A stretch of DNA of 64,000 bases from a virus. Position numbers and translations under genes: made by a program. Of the stretch, positions 1 to 8,276 are shown piece by piece (positions within the stretch are counted from its first letter, which is position 1; each line of letters begins with the position of its first letter). The notes beneath the pieces were generated by a model, which saw only the letters and a program-made list of their open reading frames with translations, searched no databases and was not told where the DNA came from. The stretch is from the UHGV virus genome UHGV-0287696, one strand, 5' to 3'.

Positions 1-830
1 CAGAAACCATTCGCCGGTGTACGGTCCGTGAGTATTATTACGTCTCTGAACGTGCCTGGACGGGCGGTGATACGCTACTGACACCGAAAGAATACCGTGC
101 GTTTTTGAAGGTTGTTGATGCGATTGCGGATATTGAACAGACTTATGTAAAACGGTTTTACGATGGGGAAACGGCAACGTTGCTTTTCCCGCACGATCGA
201 CACAGCGATGGGTTGCGTAGTCGCGCGTACTACGATGTGTTCTTAGCACAGTTTGTACGTTCTGTAGGCTTACGCACCGTCGGTAAAGATATTCAAATCT
301 ATCCACACCCGCCAATGCGTGTGGAAGATATTGAAACGGTCTGGACAGCGTTGTTAAATCAATCGCCAACGTTCTTAGCGGATTATAAACGTGATTCTAG
401 TGTCTGGCAGGTAAAAACCTTCCGTACGATGCAGCATCGGAATTCTGTGACCTGGTCATTAATTTCGGATACCCGATTCTTTACCGATGAATTAAAACCG
501 GGATATGGGATGGCGCAACGTTTCCCTGGACAGTGGCCGAAGTGGACGGAGTTTGAACCGGTTGAAATGGAGAACTATCGGGGTAATGAAGGCGAATCAA
601 TCCCTGCATTTCTACCACTGACTTACGAACCGTATTTGTTAAGCCCAACGTTCTACGAGGGCTCGTACAGTTCGTTATTAGAATACGGTTTATATCTCTA
701 TCTGAATAAACGCCCACTGTCAACGGTAATTGCATTACGGTTGTTTGAAGAAGTTTACCGTTTGCCGAAGGATGCGCAGTTCTACTATATTCCGATGGTG
801 TATTTGTTGTTACGGTATGCGAGGGATTAA
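1..830 (+). CDS. hypothetical protein (5'-truncated at window edge)
   Basis: Frame is open from the first bases of the window to TAA at 828-830; the track ORF 105..830 starts at an internal TTG, so the gene begins upstream of the window. Confidence 0.5.
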   Translation, partial: ETIRRCTVREYYYVSERAWTGGDTLLTPKEYRAFLKVVDAIADIEQTYVKRFYDGETATLLFPHDRHSDGLRSRAYYDVFLAQFVRSVGLRTVGKDIQIYPHPPMRVEDIETVWTALLNQSPTFLADYKRDSSVWQVKTFRTMQHRNSVTWSLISDTRFFTDELKPGYGMAQRFPGQWPKWTEFEPVEMENYRGNEGESIPAFLPLTYEPYLLSPTFYEGSYSSLLEYGLYLYLNKRPLSTVIALRLFEEVYRLPKDAQFYYIPMVYLLLRYARD

Positions 831-1371
831 CGTGGCTGAAAAACGTAGCGCAGCATTTATGCTGTTTCACAAGTGGGTGGGGTGGCGTGTCCCTGAATGG
901 ACGACGATTTCAACGTACATGTCTCAGGAACATGGGTTGTTCTTACCGGAAGACGAGAAAAAAGCACGCGCGATACTGCTCAATAAAAAGACTGTATACA
1001 TGCGACCTTTCGAAGTTGCGGTTTATGCAGAATCAGGCGCAGCATTAGACGTCCACGACCCACATGACGGGATCATCGTGTACGGGTATATCATGGAACA
1101 CTTAGCCGATTGGCTAAATTACATGCAGACCCCACACCTGACAACACGTAAAGTCCCTATGGAGGGCTTGCGTCAGTTTAATGCGTTAGCGCGTAAACTG
1201 TTCCCGGTAGCGAACCGTTACGGTTACTTTAAGAAACCCGAAGTAACAATGGCGGTTTCCGTACAAGCGTTATTTGGCGAAGTCCGATTGGAAACAGAAC
1301 GGCATCAGTTCAACGATACGATTATGCACCGTATTGAACAGATATACCGTAGACGTGGAGGAATTCTGTAA
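817..1371 (+). CDS. hypothetical protein
   Basis: ORF in track frame 730..1371; first ATG at 817 overlaps the upstream stop (ATGCGAGGGATTAA), suggesting translational coupling; start uncertain (GTG at 832 also possible). Confidence 0.45.
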   Translation: MRGINVAEKRSAAFMLFHKWVGWRVPEWTTISTYMSQEHGLFLPEDEKKARAILLNKKTVYMRPFEVAVYAESGAALDVHDPHDGIIVYGYIMEHLADWLNYMQTPHLTTRKVPMEGLRQFNALARKLFPVANRYGYFKKPEVTMAVSVQALFGEVRLETERHQFNDTIMHRIEQIYRRRGGIL

Positions 1372-2690
1372 TGTCGTTTGGTCGGTTACAGAACATAGCA
1401 AACGTGCACATTGCACAAGCGGCGGGATTACCGGCCATCGACTACGTACCCCTTATCACGGTCCGTGGGGTGACGATTGACGTTTACAAAACCATGTCGA
1501 TAATCCATGCCAGTAATTTCGCTCAGGATTTAACGACCATCACGCACCTCAGTGTGGTGATTCCACTGAGCCAGCAACGTATTCTTACGTCGTCGGCAGA
1601 AGGGGATTTATCAGTTAAAATCCTGATGCGGACAATGAACAAGAAAACCATTGCGCAACTGAACTACCGAGGAATTGTGGTTAACAACCACGATCCTGAT
1701 ATGGAATCACCTACAATGTTTTTGGGTGAATCTGACCAAAAAGGGTTGGGCGTGGTGACGTTGGAACTGATGGACGAATCGATGTGGTTCCTTCGCTGTC
1801 GGCAGGTAGGAGGGATTTACCACGAAACAGACGGATTAAGTGTCGTTCGTGCATTGCTTGCTGACACATTACCTACTGGGGATGCACCAGAAGGTCAGTT
1901 GGTTGGTGTGGAATACGAGGAAGAAGAACAACAGCCTTATCGTGACATTTTGATTCCCGATTCGCAAAGTTTTCTTTCGGTTTTCGATTTCATTCAGAAC
2001 CGTTACGGTGTGTATAGCCAAGGATTAGGTGTCTTCTTGTATAAACACCGTTGGCATATCTTTCAACCGTGGGATTCTAAGAAATTCTCTACGGCAAAAA
2101 AGAAACTGGTGGTGATTAACCTTCCCAGAGAGAAAGTTGCCTATCTAGATAAAACGTGTCACATTGCAGGTGACGTCATTTATCTGATTTGTGGTGGCGA
2201 TGTTCACACCTTCGAAGACAAAGACGCCCTCGCGTTAAATCAGGGAACGGGTTACCGCGTGGGTTCAATCCGTGCCTTAGATGGACGTGCAAGTTCTTTC
2301 TCTCCAGGCGACGTTTCAGCAACGACGTCAGATTCGTTTGTTTCGGCAGCAGACCCTACACAGTACCCAGGTGGTGTTGTTAATGCACCTATTGATCCAA
2401 ACGAGCACTTCAGCGACACGGATAAGCCTCGTCGTTCTAAGTTGGCTGCCGCCAGAGGGACACTGACCGCAACGACCTGGAACCGTTCAGCGTACGGTTT
2501 ATTGCAGCCGGGTATGGCAGTAAAATATCTGTATGCGAATAATTACGGTGTATACACTCGTTATGGGACGTTGGTTGGTGAAGTTTTCCAAGCTGCCGTT
2601 GACGGTGGTTCGATGGCGTCCCCACAATTTAATACCATTAGTCAATTGACGTTGTGGTTGACTAATGAAAAATTTACAACCGCTACGTAA
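1371..2690 (+). CDS. hypothetical protein (possible virion protein)
   Basis: 439-aa ORF; ATG at 1371 immediately follows the upstream TAA (coupled operon). Confidence 0.55.
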   Translation: MSFGRLQNIANVHIAQAAGLPAIDYVPLITVRGVTIDVYKTMSIIHASNFAQDLTTITHLSVVIPLSQQRILTSSAEGDLSVKILMRTMNKKTIAQLNYRGIVVNNHDPDMESPTMFLGESDQKGLGVVTLELMDESMWFLRCRQVGGIYHETDGLSVVRALLADTLPTGDAPEGQLVGVEYEEEEQQPYRDILIPDSQSFLSVFDFIQNRYGVYSQGLGVFLYKHRWHIFQPWDSKKFSTAKKKLVVINLPREKVAYLDKTCHIAGDVIYLICGGDVHTFEDKDALALNQGTGYRVGSIRALDGRASSFSPGDVSATTSDSFVSAADPTQYPGGVVNAPIDPNEHFSDTDKPRRSKLAAARGTLTATTWNRSAYGLLQPGMAVKYLYANNYGVYTRYGTLVGEVFQAAVDGGSMASPQFNTISQLTLWLTNEKFTTAT

Positions 2691-2722
2691 ATTATGTCGT
2701 CCGTAACCTAAAGGATTTGTTA

Positions 2723-3523
2723 ATGAGTAATCTACTTACTTTCAGAATGTCTGGCCAAACGTTAATTCAAATCGACAAGTTCGAAGAAGAGAATTTTTCG
2801 AAACCGTCGAAGTTGTTAGAACGTTGCCTTAATGTTATTCCTGGTGGCGAACAACGCCAGTTGGACTACATCATGGCGTCCAGTGCTGACAAAACGATTT
2901 CTGTTATCTATACCGTAGACGGTGTACAGAATTGTCGCTTATTACCAATCGAAGAAAAAGGGACGTTAGGTCATTTGTTGTTCCTGCACGCGATCACAAC
3001 CGCCGTGGTGTCTGGTGCTTTAGAAGCGCAATACGGCTTTGCTTATTGTTACTTCTATGCTCAGAAATTAGCTGCAGCGGTTATTCCAGGGCAACAAGAA
3101 ACCTATCCTCAGTATATTGAACGTATTCTCCCCTCTCACTTTAGTGAGTCGGAAGACTACGACTTCAATGCGTTTCGTTTTACCGTGGTGGGTGAAGCCC
3201 GCGATCCTGAATACACAACAGCGGTTCGTGCGGTGGTGCGCTATTCTGTTATTTCTACAGACAGCGGTACATCAAATAACTTTAATGAAGTGTATCCGGT
3301 CTTGCAGTTAGGTCCTTATGTGACTTTCAACAGCTATGTGCCATTCAGTTGTCAGCTTGTGGGTCCGCAGGATAACGATTCTATTCTCCCTGTTGCGGAA
3401 GAAAAGTCATTGTTTATTCGCGAATCTGTAGAAGCTATTAGCGATAAGCGCTTTATGATTTCTTCGAAGACGGGCATTAACGATCCTGAAATCGCTGTAA
3501 TGGATAAGATGCAAGGTCTGTAA
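2723..3523 (+). CDS. hypothetical protein
   Basis: ORF with ATG at 2723 preceded by AAAGGA (2710-2715); track start 2717 is a TTG; followed by intrinsic terminator. Confidence 0.55.
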   Translation: MSNLLTFRMSGQTLIQIDKFEEENFSKPSKLLERCLNVIPGGEQRQLDYIMASSADKTISVIYTVDGVQNCRLLPIEEKGTLGHLLFLHAITTAVVSGALEAQYGFAYCYFYAQKLAAAVIPGQQETYPQYIERILPSHFSESEDYDFNAFRFTVVGEARDPEYTTAVRAVVRYSVISTDSGTSNNFNEVYPVLQLGPYVTFNSYVPFSCQLVGPQDNDSILPVAEEKSLFIRESVEAISDKRFMISSKTGINDPEIAVMDKMQGL

Positions 3524-3526
3524 AAA

Positions 3527-3570
3527 CTTCCCGTTACCTCTATGGGTAACGGGAATACCTTTTATTTATT
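3527..3570 (+). terminator. intrinsic terminator
   Basis: Hairpin cttcccgttacc/ggtaacgggaa followed by ttttatttatt. Confidence 0.6.
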
Positions 3571-3684
3571 CCTAAACGACACGCAGAAGTCATTTAACCG
3601 TTAAGACGACTAATTACCCTTTAAAAAGAAAATCGCGTCAGAATGCGTTTTAGAGCGTTCTAGAGGGTATATGGATTCAAAAAG

Positions 3685-3713
3685 ATTTCAGATATATATT
3701 ACCTAGGTGAGAG
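3685..3713 (+). promoter_or_regulatory. conserved early-type promoter motif (TCAGATATATATTACCTAGGTGAGAG)
   Basis: One of five near-identical copies in the window, each 40-70 bp upstream of an RBS+ATG; TATATTAC core is what I recall as the phiKZ early promoter consensus. Confidence 0.55.
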
Positions 3714-3758
3714 TTTACGTAATACTCATTTATCGAATACCTAATTAGGAGTTATATC

Positions 3759-3902
3759 ATGATTTCTGTAAAACACAAAAAAGCTATCTTCGGTGTTGTT
3801 ATCGCTGTTGTTCTGGGTTGCCTGTATCTGGACATCGACAAAGGCTACGACACTTGCATCGACAACGGTAATTCCGTTGCACAGTGCACTGGTCGTGGTT
3901 AA
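3759..3902 (+). CDS. small membrane protein (47 aa), likely highly expressed early gene
   Basis: ATG at 3759 with RBS TAGGAG; MISVKHKKAIFGVVIAVVLGCLYLDIDKGYDTCIDNGNSVAQCTGRG; optimal-codon rich; below the 60-aa track cutoff; flanked by promoter motif and terminator. Confidence 0.5.
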   Translation: MISVKHKKAIFGVVIAVVLGCLYLDIDKGYDTCIDNGNSVAQCTGRG

Positions 3903-3907
3903 TGTAT

Positions 3908-3940
3908 AAGGCACCTTCGGGTGCCCTTAATTTTTTTATT
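3908..3940 (+). terminator. intrinsic terminator
   Basis: ggcacc-ttcg-ggtgcc hairpin followed by ttaattttttt. Confidence 0.65.
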
Positions 3941-3956
3941 AATTGGAGCATAAAAG

Positions 3957-4772
3957 ATGATTACCATTAAAGATTATTTTCCGCGTGGACTGAGCAATGA
4001 AAACTTCGTTCCAACTGAAGACATTGCCATCGTAACAGAGTCTAGTGATAAGTCTTTTAAACTCTACTTGAGTACGGCAGCAGGAAAATCCACTCTTATC
4101 CTTCGCGAACCTGAGGTGATAAGCATCTGCTCGTTTGGGGGCGGTGTAGAAGGAACGATTAATTGGTTGAAATCCAGAATGCATCGTTTGCTTATCGTGA
4201 ACACCGATCCTGTGATTCGTTTACAGCAATTGAAATCGTTGAATGAAGTTATCGTCGGATTATTGGAACATGAAACGTTTGGTAATGTTGCGATTGCGGA
4301 AGAGATTAAATCTGTAGAACTAATCGAGTGGAGTGATATCGAATACGAACGTGCTGCGTTATTCGCAATGTACGGTGACGATAATCCTGTTGTGTTTGCA
4401 CAAACATTAGATAACGTTACAGTAACAGCGCGCGTATTGTTTGGCTTACAGCGTGTTGAGTTTGAACTGAAACACGTTTATGTAAGTAATGCTCCAGAGA
4501 TGGTGGAAACGTTGACTCGTGCGTTCGCTTACCCGTTAGACGGAGAATGGGAACAGCAGATTAATGAAGCGTTAGGTGCGATGCTGTTCTTAGCAGGCAC
4601 ACTAAGGAAAGAAGAGAAATTAAAAGGTCGTGTCTATCCAGAATACGATTTTGTTTGTGAAGAATGTGGAGCACAGTATCAAATACGTGTTCCTTTAACC
4701 GGCCTGACAATCCCGAAAGCCAACGTGCAATGTAAGGAATGTGGCCATGTTCAATACGTAGCGACTAAATAA
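3957..4772 (+). CDS. hypothetical protein with C-terminal zinc-ribbon (CxxC...CxxC)
   Basis: 271-aa ORF, RBS GGAGCA upstream; C-terminus FVCEECGAQ...CKECGH. Confidence 0.55.
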   Translation: MITIKDYFPRGLSNENFVPTEDIAIVTESSDKSFKLYLSTAAGKSTLILREPEVISICSFGGGVEGTINWLKSRMHRLLIVNTDPVIRLQQLKSLNEVIVGLLEHETFGNVAIAEEIKSVELIEWSDIEYERAALFAMYGDDNPVVFAQTLDNVTVTARVLFGLQRVEFELKHVYVSNAPEMVETLTRAFAYPLDGEWEQQINEALGAMLFLAGTLRKEEKLKGRVYPEYDFVCEECGAQYQIRVPLTGLTIPKANVQCKECGHVQYVATK

Positions 4773-4776
4773 AAGC

Positions 4777-4822
4777 AACCCCTAATCCTTTTCGGGATTA
4801 GGGGTACACTTTATTTATTTTC
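4777..4822 (+). terminator. intrinsic terminator
   Basis: acccctaatcc-ttttc-gggattaggggt hairpin plus T-rich tract. Confidence 0.6.
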
Positions 4823-4848
4823 GCAAATTCAACATAGGGGATAAGTTC

Positions 4849-4977
4849 ATGAAACATGAACTGTTGTTTCGACGGTTAAACGAGTTGTCCGTAAAACAGC
4901 TCGAATTTCAACGAAGGGTTAGTGAAATAGCGCAACCAACGTTAACACAGCCCAAGAAACACCCAGTCGGTAGTTGA
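4849..4977 (+). CDS. small protein, putative degenerate member 0 of tandem paralog array
   Basis: 42-aa ORF with RBS AGGGG; KQLEFQRRVSEI resembles KQIQFNQRMDEY of the ORF at 5860; rare codons present. Confidence 0.3.
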   Translation: MKHELLFRRLNELSVKQLEFQRRVSEIAQPTLTQPKKHPVGS

Positions 4978-5026
4978 GAGGGGGTAACAACCTAAAGGGG
5001 GAATGCGCCAACACTCCCCATAGGCG

Positions 5027-5082
5027 CTTTATCTTTTCGAAAGAGAAGTTAAAGCAGTAGGGACTGCCTATACAGTCCCTAC
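5027..5082 (+). promoter_or_regulatory. conserved palindromic leader element plus hairpin (array unit 1)
   Basis: cttttcgaaagagaagttaaagca followed by hairpin gtagggactg...cagtccctac; same architecture at 5345 and 5742. Confidence 0.45.
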
Positions 5083-5138
5083 TTGTCGCTATTACCGGTA
5101 CGTAATAGCTTAATCCCCAACTCGTGTGAGGTTTTAAC

Positions 5139-5309
5139 ATGACTAACAACAATACACGTATCTTTACTTCTATCTCAAACAGCTATGCAGAACAAGCGAG
5201 GTTTAATGAACGACTAAGAGAGGTTCAACAACTCGGATTAAATAAAAGGCTTAAAGCCTCTAACAATCCTCGAGTACAGATCTTCACCGAAAGGAGAAGT
5301 AACTACTAA
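5139..5309 (+). CDS. small basic protein, tandem paralog 1 (56 aa)
   Basis: RBS GAGGT; MTNNNTRIFTSISNSYAEQARFNERLREVQQLGLNKRLKASNNPRVQIFTERRSNY; shares QLG(L/M)(N/D)KRLK...QIFTE(R/K)RS with paralog 2. Confidence 0.45.
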   Translation: MTNNNTRIFTSISNSYAEQARFNERLREVQQLGLNKRLKASNNPRVQIFTERRSNY

Positions 5310-5316
5310 ATAAAAT

Positions 5317-5341
5317 AAAGGGGTGCTGTCACACCCCTTTT
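5317..5341 (+). terminator. hairpin (weak terminator) after paralog 1
   Basis: aaaggggtgctgtcacacccctttt. Confidence 0.4.
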
Positions 5342-5344
5342 CTT

Positions 5345-5403
5345 AGCTTTAACTTTTCGAAAAGAGAAGTTAAAGCAGGGTACGCTGGTGCTACAGCGTA
5401 CCC
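5345..5403 (+). promoter_or_regulatory. conserved palindromic leader element plus hairpin (array unit 2)
   Basis: agctttaacttttcgaaaagagaagttaaagca (arms ctttaactt / aagttaaag) followed by hairpin gggtacgctg...cagcgtaccc. Confidence 0.45.
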
Positions 5404-5465
5404 TTTACAGCACCACCACGTTTCCGTAGTGGATTTCTTTAATCACCCTACAAAGAGGGCTTACC

Positions 5466-5639
5466 ATGAACAATGGTTACTACTTTACTGACAAAATGCT
5501 TGCAGAACAGAGTGCAGCAAAGACCAATTTACAGCAACGTATCTACAAGTATAGTCAGCTCGGCATGGATAAACGGTTAAAACCGTCTACCAACCGTTTC
5601 ACGCAGATATTCACCGAAAAGAGGAGTGAACACTACTAA
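5466..5639 (+). CDS. small basic protein, tandem paralog 2 (57 aa)
   Basis: RBS AGAGGG; MNNGYYFTDKMLAEQSAAKTNLQQRIYKYSQLGMDKRLKPSTNRFTQIFTEKRSEHY; differences from paralog 1 are partly synonymous. Confidence 0.45.
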   Translation: MNNGYYFTDKMLAEQSAAKTNLQQRIYKYSQLGMDKRLKPSTNRFTQIFTEKRSEHY

Positions 5640-5712
5640 CAAATAAAGAGGAGGCGTGTCAGCGCCTCCCCTCCTCGTACAGTAACCTGCCGAGATGGTG
5701 GTCGTAGGTATA

Positions 5713-5741
5713 AAAAAGGGTGCTTCACCACCCCTTTTCTT
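5713..5741 (+). terminator. hairpin (weak terminator) after paralog 2
   Basis: aaaaagggtgcttcaccaccccttttc. Confidence 0.4.
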
Positions 5742-5799
5742 AGCTTTAACTTTTCCGAAGAGAAGTTAAAGCAGCAGAGACTGTTCCGCCAGTCTCTGC
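5742..5799 (+). promoter_or_regulatory. conserved palindromic leader element plus hairpin (array unit 3)
   Basis: agctttaacttttccgaagagaagttaaagca followed by hairpin gcagagactg...cagtctctgc. Confidence 0.45.
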
Positions 5800-5830
5800 T
5801 GTACGGTGTCAACACATAAAGTTGTTGACG

Positions 5831-5840
5831 TTTTTACAAC
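5831..5840 (+). promoter_or_regulatory. TTTTTACAAC motif (candidate second promoter class)
   Basis: Exact 10-mer also at 32079 and 37613, each 20-45 bp upstream of a start codon. Confidence 0.25.
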
Positions 5841-5859
5841 ATTACGAAAGGTAATGAAA

Positions 5860-6021
5860 ATGAACGAATATCAAATACAGATGTTCAATACCGCGATGCG
5901 AAATCGTGAGAAACAAATTCAGTTTAACCAACGCATGGACGAATATGTTCGTCTCGGCCTCGTTGCGGCACCGAAAACGGTTAACAACCACAATGTTCAC
6001 CAACCACCTGTAAGGAGATAA
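5860..6021 (+). CDS. small basic protein, tandem paralog 3 (53 aa)
   Basis: ATG at 5860 after GAAAGG; MNEYQIQMFNTAMRNREKQIQFNQRMDEYVRLGLVAAPKTVNNHNVHQPPVRR; track start 5806 is an upstream GTG. Confidence 0.4.
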   Translation: MNEYQIQMFNTAMRNREKQIQFNQRMDEYVRLGLVAAPKTVNNHNVHQPPVRR

Positions 6022-6163
6022 GTTACTAACTAATAAAGGGGGTGTTGCTACCACCCCCTGCTTAGTTCGGTAGTTGTTTTCCATTCATAATTAATAGTCT
6101 TCTGTTTTTTTTTGCTTTCCGAGACGCATAAGGGGTTATAGGGGGAGCCGAAGCTCCCCAGAC

Positions 6164-7726
6164 TCAAAAGAGTTCGTCACCCATGCCGCCGGTAAATACG
6201 TTAATCGACGAGGCTGTTACAGTTTCTTCTTTATCACAATCCCATGGCAAAATGCCAACATCACGGAAAGGTATTACAGTATAATGATAAGCTTCTTTGG
6301 TATCAATAATTGTACGGTGTTTACCGCGTTGTACTTCTAAATAGCTGTGTCCGCTGACGACACGTTTGTTAAAATACATCTCACCGTCAGCTTCGTTGTC
6401 TAAGCTAGAGCAGTTGTCGTAAAGACCACGACCAGGTAAGCTCTTACAGAAACTTGCTGGGTCGAGTGCTTTTAATTTTTTGCCTTCTGGTGAGATTTGG
6501 TGTGGTGCTAAGAGGAAACCACGATTACGTACCACTTGGATGTTTCGCGCGATACGATAAATTTCTTTAATGTCACTACCCGCAATACCGTTACCGTGCC
6601 CTGCTTTGCTGATAGTACCGAAATAGTCTCCGCGTATTCCAGCTACATGATAACCTCGACGTTTTAAATCTAAAATCAAATCATTCAAATAGTGAATTTT
6701 AAAATCGGAGTTTGTGTGTTTTTGGAAAATATACTCCCAACCGTTTGCCCGCATTTTACTACAGAGGTAATCTGACATTTGTGCATTGTGTAGCGCTTTT
6801 TCTTCGTCAGTTGCCGTTTCAGGTGCAACCATTACCGGAGCTGTACCTTCAAAGTGTCCGTAAAGTGCTTGATACGCGTAAGCCAAGTTAACATCTAATT
6901 CGTTTTCTAAACTTAAATCCAGAATAACCGGTTGTAAGTCACCTTTAACATTTGCCATCACCTTTTCTGGGGTGTTGAATACAGGAATGCTAATAGAGAG
7001 CAATAAACTGAATAATGACTTACAGTTAAAAGGAAGAGCAGGCATTAGCCAGAGTTCTTCGGTGATCCCTTTGTTACAACCGAGCATTTGGTTAATTGCT
7101 TTCCAGCCCGTACGTAACCCGTTCCCTGCTGCTTTCTTACTGATAGAGTCGAATACATGTACGAAGGGTGCTTTATTGTCAGTAATCAATTCCCCTACCA
7201 GAGAAGGAATCTTATTATGAGAGCGTTCACTGAACGTGGATAAGGTATCCTTAAGGTCGTTGAGCGCCGTTTGTAAATCAACACGCGTTTCAGTGCCGTT
7301 CAGTGCGCCTAACGTACGACCCAATTTTTGTTTCAGTTGTACGCCTTGAATAGCTTGACGTAACTGAAAGTAGTATTGTGCTACTTGGCGATTAAGATGC
7401 TCGATGCGTGCTTCTGGTTCTTCTGGAATATCATCTTCCAGGAATTTGGTAATCGTATCGTATAGAGGACGTATTTGCGTAGTGGCCAGTTTCAAACGTT
7501 TCATGACGTTTGTGTGGTCGTAAGGCATACCGCCGTCTATGATGGATGTGATGATATCCTTGATTTCGACGAGGGCGGCACGTTCGTCACCTTCTTCTGC
7601 GTAATCAGGAAGCTTAGCCTCTAACAGCACTTTTCTTATGATGTCGTGGTCCTTTTCAGGATCGGTCAGAAGACTTTCAGCGTATAATGTGGCTAAGGCG
7701 GTTATCAACATCATTTTGTTATTCAT
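6164..7726 (-). CDS. hypothetical protein (520 aa)
   Basis: Long - strand ORF; RBS AAGGA upstream of ATG at 7726; no motif recognised. Confidence 0.6.
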   Translation of the reverse strand: MNNKMMLITALATLYAESLLTDPEKDHDIIRKVLLEAKLPDYAEEGDERAALVEIKDIITSIIDGGMPYDHTNVMKRLKLATTQIRPLYDTITKFLEDDIPEEPEARIEHLNRQVAQYYFQLRQAIQGVQLKQKLGRTLGALNGTETRVDLQTALNDLKDTLSTFSERSHNKIPSLVGELITDNKAPFVHVFDSISKKAAGNGLRTGWKAINQMLGCNKGITEELWLMPALPFNCKSLFSLLLSISIPVFNTPEKVMANVKGDLQPVILDLSLENELDVNLAYAYQALYGHFEGTAPVMVAPETATDEEKALHNAQMSDYLCSKMRANGWEYIFQKHTNSDFKIHYLNDLILDLKRRGYHVAGIRGDYFGTISKAGHGNGIAGSDIKEIYRIARNIQVVRNRGFLLAPHQISPEGKKLKALDPASFCKSLPGRGLYDNCSSLDNEADGEMYFNKRVVSGHSYLEVQRGKHRTIIDTKEAYHYTVIPFRDVGILPWDCDKEETVTASSINVFTGGMGDELF

Positions 7727-7739
7727 GGAGCATCCTTAA

Positions 7740-8264
7740 ATGCAAATTCGTTTTAGTCCACCGTGGGAAGTTCAACCTAACATAGATAAAGGCGCTGCCG
7801 TTAAAAGTATAGAATTGCTCCAGGCAGGGTTCTTTAACTGGTTATATGACTGTCCGAATGGTTTCAGTTCTATTATCTTACCTGAAGTAAGTCGTTCTGC
7901 TATTTATAAAGCACTGATGGCTCCGCCTGTGCTTCCAGGTAAATATTATGATCAGGTGTTACGTCTGGTCGAATCAGGCGAAAAGGTTTCCCTTGACGAT
8001 TTATATGGGGAAACAATTCCTTGTCGCGTACGTTGGGTGTTTACTCAACGTGGTGATACGATTGTGGCGTCATTTGCAGAAGCGAAGTCCGGTTCGGGTT
8101 TTTCTTCGGGTGAAGACCACGCTGCGAAAAAGATGTTCTGCGCAGAACTTTTTAAATATATGCGTACCAAGACTCGCGTCGTGGATGACTGCTTCAGTAC
8201 CTCAACGCAGTTTGCCGCTAACGAAGTGCTGACGCAATTATACGCATGTCATTTATCTCATTAA
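7740..8264 (+). CDS. hypothetical protein
   Basis: ATG at 7740, 13 nt from the divergent start at 7726; GGAG upstream. Confidence 0.55.
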   Translation: MQIRFSPPWEVQPNIDKGAAVKSIELLQAGFFNWLYDCPNGFSSIILPEVSRSAIYKALMAPPVLPGKYYDQVLRLVESGEKVSLDDLYGETIPCRVRWVFTQRGDTIVASFAEAKSGSGFSSGEDHAAKKMFCAELFKYMRTKTRVVDDCFSTSTQFAANEVLTQLYACHLSH

Positions 8265-8276
8265 GGTATTAAACAA

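Noticed and set aside
1274-3311. Short alternative-frame ORFs (1274..1480, 2189..2383, 2281..2466, 2437..2625, 2932..3120, 3117..3311)
   Set aside because: Entirely nested within longer, better-supported genes in other frames; no independent start signals.
4849-6065. Possible CRISPR array suggested by regularly repeated elements
   Set aside because: Repeat spacing is ~330-400 bp, not ~30-40 bp; the intervening sequence encodes paralogous proteins with RBSs; no cas genes.
4919-6084. - strand ORFs 4919..5152 and 5842..6084 across the small-gene array
   Set aside because: They span the conserved leader elements and terminator hairpins on the wrong strand and conflict with the RBS-supported + strand small genes.
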